Shown one piece after another: positions 1 through 7,765 of a DNA stretch of 64,000 bases. The stretch spans positions 1,088,001 to 1,152,000 of the forward strand of contig CAVRVY010000001.1 of assembly GCA_963724765.1 (NCBI GenBank), given 5' to 3'. The stretch is from an uncultured delta proteobacterium. Its GTDB lineage: Bacteria; Desulfobacterota; Binatia; Binatales; Binataceae. The notes beneath the pieces were generated by a model. It had not been told where the DNA came from, did not search any database, and saw only the letters and a program-made list of their open reading frames with translations. Position 1 is the stretch's first letter; the number at the start of each line of letters is the position of its first letter. The position numbers and the translations under genes are program-made.

Positions 1-2
1 CA

Positions 3-1121
3 ATCGCCGCGCCGATAGCAAGAATTGGCGAGCTGCTCGAGAACGATCGAATCGAGCTTCCATCGGAGGAGACTGAAATCGACCAGCCGGCGGAGCCGCC
101 GCCGCCCGTCGTACGGAATTTCCTGGTTCGCTTCAGCGCGCGGAACACGATTGCGCTCACGGCCGCTTTTCTGATCGGGCTTTGGGACGACAATCCGGCG
201 CTGCACGCGGCGATCTGGCTGCTGATGCTCGGCGGCCCGCCCAGCCATGGAGCGACGGTGCGCAAATTCACGATGCGCGCGATCGGTGCGTCGGGAGCTC
301 TCGCGCTGGCCGCGCTTGGCACAGTTATAATAGCTCCCAATTTCACCTCGCCCGGACCCTATATGGCCGCGATCTTCGTGGGCACGATGCTAATGGCGTT
401 TATCGGCGAGGGTGGCGGAATCCTTTCATATCTCGCGATTGGCGGCACCGCATTCGTTATCGGCTACGGAGGTCCAGGGCCGCGCGCCGACGTGCTCGAC
501 TCGATATGGAGCATCTGGGGCATCAGCCTCGGCATGATAGTCCGCGCCGTCGTTTCTCTCCTGTGGCGGGAGCGGGCAAGCCGCACGCTTGCAGAGCAGT
601 TCCAGGCACCGCTCGCCGCCATGCTCGAACTGATGGAAGAAAGCGGGGGCTTTGATGAGAAGCGCCGGCGCGCCGCGGCCGAGAGGGCGACCATCGCCGG
701 CATCGCTATGATGTTGACGGTCGCGAATGACGCGATGCTCGAGGGTCGCGGCGCTGAAATCGACAGCGACCAATTGGTCAACGCGCTTGACACGCTGCGC
801 CGCCTGGCCTTTGCGCTGGGTAACCTGGCCCGCGTCGGACCGGCCGGAACCGCCGTGAGCGCCGCGTTGACCGACGCTATCAGGGTGCGTCTGGAATCGT
901 GGCTATGCAGCTTGCGCGATCAGACGGACTCCGGCGTCGCAAGCCGCGCGCCGCTCAGGAAAATGGTTGCAGAAGCCAACGCGCCCGATCTGCCTCTATT
1001 GCCGGGTGATGAGCAGCGCGCCGCGACCGGGATCGATAGATCGTACGGCATGGCCGCCGAGCGCGTGATCCGGCTGACACAAACGCTGGAGCATCAACTG
1101 GCCGCGGTTTCGCGCAACTGA
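3..1121 (+). CDS. FUSC-like (fusaric acid resistance-like) membrane protein, C-terminal part; 5' end lies outside the window
   Basis: Frame is open from position 3. Several TM helices (FLIGLW..HAAIWLLMLGGP..RAIGA...SLLW) are followed by a helical tail, as in FUSC exporters. Confidence 0.6.
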   Translation: MAAPIARIGELLENDRIELPSEETEIDQPAEPPPPVVRNFLVRFSARNTIALTAAFLIGLWDDNPALHAAIWLLMLGGPPSHGATVRKFTMRAIGASGALALAALGTVIIAPNFTSPGPYMAAIFVGTMLMAFIGEGGGILSYLAIGGTAFVIGYGGPGPRADVLDSIWSIWGISLGMIVRAVVSLLWRERASRTLAEQFQAPLAAMLELMEESGGFDEKRRRAAAERATIAGIAMMLTVANDAMLEGRGAEIDSDQLVNALDTLRRLAFALGNLARVGPAGTAVSAALTDAIRVRLESWLCSLRDQTDSGVASRAPLRKMVAEANAPDLPLLPGDEQRAATGIDRSYGMAAERVIRLTQTLEHQLAAVSRN

Positions 1122-1209
1122 ACAGTCAGGCTACGCGCCCCGTTTCGGCATCGACAGGTTCCAGGGGCCGTATTTGCGCGCGGACGCGCCGCACGGCGCA
1201 GCGCCCGCT

Positions 1210-2082
1210 CTAGCGCGCGATGCTAAACGCGCGGGCCAGCGAGATGTCATGCCGTAGCTGGTCCATCGGTTCGCTCGTGGTGAGTACACAGATGAAGTGG
1301 CTCCGTTCCGACACCGTTACGCAGAGACTATAGCCCTTGTACTTATAGAGTATATGGCCGTGCATCTCGCCGACGGCGCCGGGCGGCACGACGAAGTCGC
1401 TCGCCTTGTAACGCGTGCACAGGATGTCGCTGTTGCGACCGTGATAGAGCGTATAGGTAACTGGATTACCGTCGGGCAACTGGTCAATTCGTCCGCCGAC
1501 GACACCGTAGCCGGCGAATTGGAAAGTCCACATCAGGTCCGGCATCTCGGCTGAGCCATAAGCCATCGCGATTGCGGACAGCGAGCTCGACGGCACGTTG
1601 GGCCGAAAAGCGGTCTCGAAAGTTTCGTAACTGTAGACGGCCTGGTCGAGAACGTCGCTGGCCGGGATTGCGCTGACTCCGTTGCTGACGGGCGATGCGC
1701 CTTGATGCATGCCGGGCAGGAGGCCGCCCGCTAGCAGCACGACGAACAGCATCGCCGCCGCGGCGAGCGGCGCCCACGTGCGTGGCCGCCTGAGTTCGCG
1801 CATCACCGCGACTCCCATTCGTCGCGGCGCGGGTCCGCGGTCGAACTGGTCGAGCGCGGCATTGATACGCGCCTGGAGTTCCTGAGGGGTGTTGACGGCG
1901 GCGGCCTGGCGCCTGATCAACGACTTCAGCAGGCGCTCTTCGGCCAGGCGCGCCCGGCACGCGGCGCATCCGTCGGCCGGACCGCTACCCAGATGCTGAG
2001 CGACCGCGCGCTCCTCTTCGGGCGTGAGTTCACCGTCGGCATGCGCCGAGAGGTAGTTAGTAATGTACTCCTCGCAGTTCAC
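1210..2082 (-). CDS. Anti-sigma factor, zf-HC2/ZAS-type, with a TM helix and an extracytoplasmic domain
   Basis: MNCEE..LSAHADGEL..H-x8-CAAC, then a TM segment. Lies directly downstream of an ECF sigma gene. Confidence 0.85.
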   Translation of the reverse strand: MNCEEYITNYLSAHADGELTPEEERAVAQHLGSGPADGCAACRARLAEERLLKSLIRRQAAAVNTPQELQARINAALDQFDRGPAPRRMGVAVMRELRRPRTWAPLAAAAMLFVVLLAGGLLPGMHQGASPVSNGVSAIPASDVLDQAVYSYETFETAFRPNVPSSSLSAIAMAYGSAEMPDLMWTFQFAGYGVVGGRIDQLPDGNPVTYTLYHGRNSDILCTRYKASDFVVPPGAVGEMHGHILYKYKGYSLCVTVSERSHFICVLTTSEPMDQLRHDISLARAFSIAR

Positions 2083-2144
2083 GGTCTCCTTCGTTTATAT
2101 ACGCAAGCGCGAATCATCTTAATAGTATAACACCCCCCGTGGAT

Positions 2145-2717
2145 TTACCTGGCGACCAGCCCGCGGCGCCGGGCGAACGCGCCCAGCGCAGTGCGCATCA
2201 TCTGACGGCCGCGCGAGACTCGCGACTTGACCGTTCCGATTGGTATTCCAAGTACTTGCGCGACCTCCTGGTAATTGAGTTCCTGCACATCCACCAGCAT
2301 CAGCGCCGTGCGAAAGTCCGATGGCAGAGCGTTGAGCGCCGCTGCCACTTCATGGTCCAGAACGCGTTCCGAGATAAGCATCTCGGGATTGTTCAGTCTT
2401 TGGTCCCCCCGCGCACTCAAGCTTTCGACCTCACGCTCGAAATCCTCAGGCGTGAGGGCGACTTGTTCACGGTCTGCGCTACGGTAGCCATTGCGGAAAT
2501 TGTTATACAAAATGGTCAACAACCACGCGCGGCAGTTGGTGCCCGGGGTGTACTGATGAAAAAATCGGTAGGCGCGCAGCACGGTCTCCTGCAAAAGATC
2601 GCGGGCGTCGTCGGGATTACGCGACAGCCGTAAGGCCGCCGAGTACAGCGCGTCGAGGTGAGGCAGCGCCTCGCGTTCGAACAGCCCGCGCTTTTCGCTG
2701 CCCCCTTTGTCCTCCAT
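2145..2717 (-). CDS. ECF RNA polymerase sigma factor (SigH/SigR-like)
   Basis: [27 protein letters not shown] in region 2; [23 protein letters not shown] in region 4. Confidence 0.95.
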   Translation of the reverse strand: MEDKGGSEKRGLFEREALPHLDALYSAALRLSRNPDDARDLLQETVLRAYRFFHQYTPGTNCRAWLLTILYNNFRNGYRSADREQVALTPEDFEREVESLSARGDQRLNNPEMLISERVLDHEVAAALNALPSDFRTALMLVDVQELNYQEVAQVLGIPIGTVKSRVSRGRQMMRTALGAFARRRGLVAR

Positions 2718-2753
2718 ACCTGAAGAGCACCATATAACACCGCTACAGGGTTA

Positions 2754-2779
2754 AATCCCGCCGCTGATCGTAAAGTTCC
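2754..2779 (-). promoter_or_regulatory. Putative ECF promoter GGAACT-N16-GATT for the sigma/anti-sigma operon
   Basis: Same motif and spacing as the divergent copy at 2941-2966. Confidence 0.55.
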
Positions 2780-2840
2780 CAGGTTTCGTCCGGCAACGAT
2801 GATCTTTACGCCCCTTTTTCGCTTCGATTCATGACGCGAC

Positions 2841-2882
2841 TTATTGCTTTCGCGCAGGAATTTATTGTCTTCGCGCAGGATT
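2841..2882. repeat. 21-bp direct repeat x2 (TTATTGCTTTCGCGCAGGAAT / TTATTGTCTTCGCGCAGGATT)
   Basis: Read directly in the sigma-precursor intergenic region. Confidence 0.8.
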
Positions 2883-2940
2883 AGAGCGATCGAAAAGGGG
2901 GTTCTCTCGCCCGGAAATGGCGAGACTCGCGTTTTTGAAA

Positions 2941-2966
2941 GGAACCGTGGCCCGCCACTTGAGATT
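2941..2966 (+). promoter_or_regulatory. Putative ECF promoter GGAACC-N16-GATT for the RiPP precursor
   Basis: Matches the divergent motif at 2754-2779. A second candidate, GAACC-N16-CGTAT, lies at about 3027-3052. Confidence 0.55.
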
Positions 2967-3110
2967 CAAGTACATTGGCGCGAAGCTTACCGCAGGGAGC
3001 CAAAAGATACCCCGGCGCTCAAAACCGAACCGCGAGCCGGGCGGACGCGTATACTTAATCGAGGGTCGAAGGGCAGGGCCCTCGTCAAGCCGAAGAGGAG
3101 AGTCAACACG

Positions 3111-3398
3111 ATGGATCGCAAGACGATTACAGGAGCGGCTTTGGCGGCGGCGGTTGGTGCGATGTTTCTGACCACGCCAGTCCTTGCGCAAAGCTCCTCA
3201 GGGAATTCAGCGAGCGGCGCCAACGTGAAGTGCGTCGGCGGCAATAGCTGCAAAGGCCAGAGCTCGTGTAAGAGCGTGAACAACGGTTGCATGGGTCAGA
3301 ACTCATGTAAGGGCAAGGGTTGGGTGATGACCACCTCGGCCAAGGTTTGCACCGATAAGGGTGGCCAGCCGGAAAAGAATCCAACCAAGGCGATGTAG
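3111..3398 (+). CDS. Bufferin-type (BufA2-like) Cys-rich secreted RiPP precursor
   Basis: RBS GAGGAG and a Sec signal peptide. Core is CVGGNSCKGQSSC..CMGQNSCKGKGW..C (repeated NSCKG). Upstream of DUF692. Confidence 0.85.
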   Translation: MDRKTITGAALAAAVGAMFLTTPVLAQSSSGNSASGANVKCVGGNSCKGQSSCKSVNNGCMGQNSCKGKGWVMTTSAKVCTDKGGQPEKNPTKAM

Positions 3399-3566
3399 GC
3401 GCGGCGCCTACCGCTTTAGAGAGACGCTTTGCGTGATTCGCGCGGCCGGGTTTTAACCTCTCATTGTTTTAGCAGAGCTTTGTACCGCGGCGATCCTTTC
3501 CGACCCCCTCTTCTTGTCCGGGGAGAGAGGTTTCTCTATAGCTAACGGCTCGGCGATGAATCGGCG

Positions 3567-4454
3567 ATGAATCAGTTTGACTTCGCACCATTGGGGTTTG
3601 GCGTTGGACTGCGCCGTCCGCATTACGCTCGCGTTCTCGAACAACATCCTTGCGACGAGGCTCCGCGGGTGGACTGGTTCGAGGTCATCTCGGAGAACTT
3701 CATGGTCGAGGGCGGGCGGCCGCTGGAAGTGCTTGAGGGCGTACGTCGGCAGTATCCGGTCGTGATGCATGGTGTGTCGATGTCCATCGGCTCGAGCGAT
3801 CCGCTCAACCGCGGCTACCTCGGCGCGCTCCGCACGCTTGCCCGCCGCATCGAGCCAGCATGGGTCTCCGACCATCTGTGCTGGACCGGCGTGGGCGGCC
3901 GCAATCTGCATGACCTGCTGCCGCTGCCCTATACCGAGGAGACCGTGCGCCATGTCGCCGGGCGTATCCGCGAGGTCCAGGATATTCTCGAGCGCACGAT
4001 TCTGATTGAGAACGTGTCGAGCTACATGGCGTTTCGCGCCTCGCGCCTGACCGAGTGGGAATTTCTGAGCGCTGTGGCCGAAGAGGCCGATTGCGCGATC
4101 CTGCTCGACATCAACAACATCTTCGTCAGCGCCTTTAACCATCGCTTCGACCCGCTGCGCTACCTCGACGCCGTTCCCGCCGGCCGCGTGGCGCAGTTCC
4201 ATCTTGCCGGTCATAGTGACCACGGCAGCTATCTGCTCGACACCCACGACCATCCGATTCGTCCCGAGGTGTGGGCGCTGTTCGAACACGCGCTGCGGCG
4301 CTTCGGCCGCGTCCCGACGCTCATCGAATGGGATGACAATATTCCCGAGTTCGAGGTACTGGCCGGCGCCGCCGGCGAGGCGCGCCAAAGATGCGAATCC
4401 GCCCTGGCCGCCGCCGGTCCCGTCCCGTCCGAGCGCAGCACGCTCATCCATTGA
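3567..4454 (+). CDS. DUF692 family multinuclear non-heme iron oxidative enzyme (MNIO, BufB-like)
   Basis: GVGLR, EVISENF, HGVSMSIG, VSDHLCW, IENVS, LLDINNI, HLAGH, DTHD and LIEWD motifs. Confidence 0.95.
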   Translation: MNQFDFAPLGFGVGLRRPHYARVLEQHPCDEAPRVDWFEVISENFMVEGGRPLEVLEGVRRQYPVVMHGVSMSIGSSDPLNRGYLGALRTLARRIEPAWVSDHLCWTGVGGRNLHDLLPLPYTEETVRHVAGRIREVQDILERTILIENVSSYMAFRASRLTEWEFLSAVAEEADCAILLDINNIFVSAFNHRFDPLRYLDAVPAGRVAQFHLAGHSDHGSYLLDTHDHPIRPEVWALFEHALRRFGRVPTLIEWDDNIPEFEVLAGAAGEARQRCESALAAAGPVPSERSTLIH

Positions 4455-4761
4455 TTCTCGCGTGATTCTCGCGCCCGCGCGCGGCGCCTCGTACGCGAGC
4501 CGGCGCACCCATGTAGCGGGAGAGACCGGCCCAGCCGCGGCATACGAACTAGCTGCATGCCAACGGCCGGACCGGGTGGGGGACGTTATCCAGACCGGAG
4601 TCAGCCGGCGCTCCGCGATGGGTGAGGTGGTCGCCGCACCGCACTGCCCCTGATAAACCAAGCGTGTCGCTACGAAGTTCCCGTTACGAAATTACCGCGG
4701 CGCCGGTTTCCGTGGCGCTGGATAATTAACCGCGCGTGGGCAATGCTAATCTTCTAAGGAC

Positions 4762-5862
4762 GTGAGCGCCGCCGCCAACATACGGATCGAGGCTATCAAC
4801 AGCCCCCAGGCGTTCGAGGAATTCGCGCGCTTGCCATACCAGGTCTACGCCGATCGCGAGGCCTGGTGGCCGCCCGACATCCGCAACGAGGTCGACCTGC
4901 TCTCCGGCCGCACGCTCACCGCGCCTTACCTCGACCTGCAGCCATTTTGCGCCTGGAGCAACGGCCGGCTGGTGGCGCGGGTAAGCGCCGTGATCAACCG
5001 CCGTTACATCAGCCACTGGGGCCAGCGCCTGGGCCAATTGATTCATTTCGAGGCCGCCGCCGACGAGGACGACGCGGCCGGCGCGATGCTGACGCGCGCG
5101 ATGGAATGGCTGGCGCGCGGCAAGATGGAGTCAGTGCGCAGCGGGTTCGCCGCTTTTCTCGATTATCCCTACGCGATCGACAATTACGGCGTCCTGCCGT
5201 CGTTTCTGCTGCGCGGCAATCCCGAGTACTACCATCGCTACCTCAAGGACGCCGGCTTCGAGACCGAAAAAGGGCAGATTGATTACACCGCCGCGCTGAA
5301 CTCCGAGATGCTGGCGCGCTATGCGCGGATGGTCGAGACGGCGCGCTCGGCTGGAGTCGCCGTGATGAGCTGGCGCGAATACGGATTCCTGGCCGCGGTC
5401 GACGCCTGGACCGAAGTCACCAACGCGGCCTTCGCCCGGCATTGGGGATGGAACCCGATAACCCGTGACGAAGTTCGTCCTATGATGACTCCGCTGCACG
5501 GCACTGCGGTCGGCGATCTTTCGATGGTCGCGGTGGCCAACCGCGAGGTTATCGGCGTGGTCTTTTCGGTACCCGATTTAAGCCCGGCGCTCGCGCAGGT
5601 CCGCGCGGGCGTCAAGCTGAACCCAAAGCGCGGCGGCGGCACGCGCGGAGCGCTGATCAATATCGGCGTGCTCGAGCGCGCACGGGGCAAGGGCGTCGCG
5701 CTGGCGATGGCGGCGCGCTCGTTCACGACCATGGCGCATAGCGGGATGCGCTATGCCGGCTACACGCTGGTGCTGGACGACAACTGGCCCTCGCGCCGCA
5801 CCGCGATGGCGTTGGGGGCGAGGGCCACGGGAAATTTCGTCACCTACCGGCGCGATCTGTGA
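4762..5862 (+). CDS. Tandem-GNAT-like protein (YghO-like N-acetyltransferase)
   Basis: F..LPYQVY, RVSAVIN, HFEA, NPEYY..GF, IGV..RARGKG and LVLDDN motifs. Confidence 0.7.
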   Translation: MSAAANIRIEAINSPQAFEEFARLPYQVYADREAWWPPDIRNEVDLLSGRTLTAPYLDLQPFCAWSNGRLVARVSAVINRRYISHWGQRLGQLIHFEAAADEDDAAGAMLTRAMEWLARGKMESVRSGFAAFLDYPYAIDNYGVLPSFLLRGNPEYYHRYLKDAGFETEKGQIDYTAALNSEMLARYARMVETARSAGVAVMSWREYGFLAAVDAWTEVTNAAFARHWGWNPITRDEVRPMMTPLHGTAVGDLSMVAVANREVIGVVFSVPDLSPALAQVRAGVKLNPKRGGGTRGALINIGVLERARGKGVALAMAARSFTTMAHSGMRYAGYTLVLDDNWPSRRTAMALGARATGNFVTYRRDL

Positions 5863-5907
5863 ACGGCGACTTGCGCAAATGGCGCGATCTATAAACGGCA
5901 ATTGACG

Positions 5908-6393
5908 ATGTTGAGTCTGCGCCTGTTCGTGCTGTTCATCCATGTGACGGCGGTTATCGTGGCGCTCGGCGGTTCGCTGTTCAGCACTTTCGCGCTTGCC
6001 CCGGTGCTGGCCGAGGAACTCGACGGCGCGGCGCGCACCAGGGTCGCGCGCCGGGTTGTACGGCGGCTCGGCGTGATCGTGCTGAGCGCGCTGGTAATCC
6101 TGGTCGTCACCGGAATTCTCAACATGATTTTCATCGGCGCGGCCGGTCCGCTGCTCGATTTAAAGCTCGGCCTGGTCGCCATCGTAATTGTCCTCGCGAT
6201 CTACCAGTACGGCACGCTCGGGATGCGGATATGGCGAGTTTCAGCCAAGGGCCCGGACCCGCTGCTCGCGCCCTTGCAGGCGCGCTTTCGCAGCGTCGGG
6301 CTGAAGGTCGGGATGCTGGTGCTGGTGATCGTTTATCTTTCGCTGGGCCTCACGCGCGCGGCGTCGGGGTCGCTGACGCTCGCGATACGCTGA
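5908..6393 (+). CDS. CopD/DUF4149-like four-TM membrane protein
   Basis: FIHV.A..VALGG..F...L.P, VVTGI.N and LKL.LV pattern. Confidence 0.55.
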   Translation: MLSLRLFVLFIHVTAVIVALGGSLFSTFALAPVLAEELDGAARTRVARRVVRRLGVIVLSALVILVVTGILNMIFIGAAGPLLDLKLGLVAIVIVLAIYQYGTLGMRIWRVSAKGPDPLLAPLQARFRSVGLKVGMLVLVIVYLSLGLTRAASGSLTLAIR

Positions 6394-6427
6394 TACGGCC
6401 GGCGCGACGCCAGCCCCAGGGAATTGG

Positions 6428-6477
6428 ACACCTGACATGCAACATCTGGCATGAAACATCTGGCATGAAACATCTGG
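6428..6477 (+). repeat. 14-bp tandem repeat (ACATCTGGCATGAA) x about 3.6, overlapping a start codon
   Basis: Units start at 6428, 6442, 6456 and 6470. Confidence 0.85.
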
Positions 6478-7040
6478 TCGGACGGCTGCTTCAGGCCTGC
6501 CTCATCCTCGGTCTGCTCGCGCTGTTCAGTTACGCCAGCGGGCTGCACAACGCGGTGCGCATGAAAGCGCCGGCCGCCGGAGCGTGGTGGAACGCGCACG
6601 AGTTCTATTTCATGGAAGGCGCGGCGACCGCGTTCGGATTGCTCGTCGCGCTGCGCGTCGGATTGCGCTTTGCGGCGGAAGCGGAGCGGTCCCGTTATTT
6701 GACCATAGTCACGCTGGCGCTCGAGGTTGCGCTGCTGATGCCGCTGACTTCTCTGTGCGCGCGAGTCGCGCGTATCGGCGCCGACGGCGGCGCGATAGTG
6801 GCGCCTAACCGGATCGCCGCGTATGCCGGTTTCGAGACCGCAAAGATGCTTGATAAGCTGGTGATCGCGGCGCTGTACTTTCTCAAGACCGTGGCCTTCG
6901 GCTTCCTGGTCGGGCTGGCGCTGTTTGGAGCCGTGCTGGTCGGCGCGATCGTGAGCGCGCGAAGCGGCGACGGGTCAATTGAAACTCTCGATAACCACGA
7001 CACTGGCGTCGCGCGCGCCTCGACGGCCAACCAGCCATGA
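6465..7040 (+). CDS. Hypothetical membrane protein
   Basis: Four to five hydrophobic segments; ATG at 6465. Confidence 0.6.
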   Translation: MKHLVGRLLQACLILGLLALFSYASGLHNAVRMKAPAAGAWWNAHEFYFMEGAATAFGLLVALRVGLRFAAEAERSRYLTIVTLALEVALLMPLTSLCARVARIGADGGAIVAPNRIAAYAGFETAKMLDKLVIAALYFLKTVAFGFLVGLALFGAVLVGAIVSARSGDGSIETLDNHDTGVARASTANQP

Positions 7041-7069
7041 AGCGGTCGCGAGATATATGAAGCGCAAAG

Positions 7070-7765
7070 ATGAAGTCCGATAAATCCGACAAGCCCGGCA
7101 AGCCCGCGCGCCAGCCGGCTGCCACGACGCTCACTCGCCGCGCCTTTATCAAAGGCGCGGGCGCGGCCGCCGCGGCGGTCGCGAGTCTCGGCGCCGCCGT
7201 CGCGCCCGCCGACGCCGCCGGCCAGGCCGATGCCGCCAACTCCGACGGCGTAGTTGAACGTCTCGGTCCCGGCGCGCAAACCTACGAGCTCAACATCAAC
7301 GCAAAAACGGTGCAGGTGACGGCCGAACCGCGCGTGACGTTGCTGGGCGTGCTGCGCGATCAGCTCGGGCTCACGGGCGCCAAGCTGGTATGCGACCGCG
7401 GCGCGTGCGGCGCCTGCACGGTGCATCTCGACGGGCGACCCGTCACCTCCTGCATGGTGCTCGCCGCGCTCGCGCGAGGCCATCAGATTACGACTATCGA
7501 GGGTCTCGGCACCGCCGACCGGATGCATCCCGTGCAGAGCGCCTTCGTCGCGAACGACGCGCTCCAGTGCGGATTCTGCACGCCCGGGATGGTGATGTCG
7601 GTTGCGGCGGAGCTCAACCGCAATCCCGCCGCCAGCCTCGACGACATCAAACATGCGGTCGCCGGCAACATCTGCCGCTGCGGTACCTATCCGCACGTTT
7701 TCAAGGCGGCGCTCCAGGCTGCCGGGTTCAACGCGCCGGGCAAACCTTCGAAGGGAGAGGCCTGA
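7070..7765 (+). CDS. (2Fe-2S)-binding subunit with Tat signal (PaoA/YagT-like)
   Basis: TRRAFIK twin-arginine signal; CDRGACGAC..C, QCGFC and CRC ligands. Confidence 0.92.
   Translation: MKSDKSDKPGKPARQPAATTLTRRAFIKGAGAAAAAVASLGAAVAPADAAGQADAANSDGVVERLGPGAQTYELNINAKTVQVTAEPRVTLLGVLRDQLGLTGAKLVCDRGACGACTVHLDGRPVTSCMVLAALARGHQITTIEGLGTADRMHPVQSAFVANDALQCGFCTPGMVMSVAAELNRNPAASLDDIKHAVAGNICRCGTYPHVFKAALQAAGFNAPGKPSKGEA

Noticed and set aside
1125-1212. Possible gene-end relics after the FUSC-like gene
   Set aside because: No matching full copy within the window, so it cannot be verified.
2844-3110. N-terminal extension of the precursor ORF in the supplied track
   Set aside because: The RBS and signal peptide place the start at 3111; the upstream part is promoter DNA.
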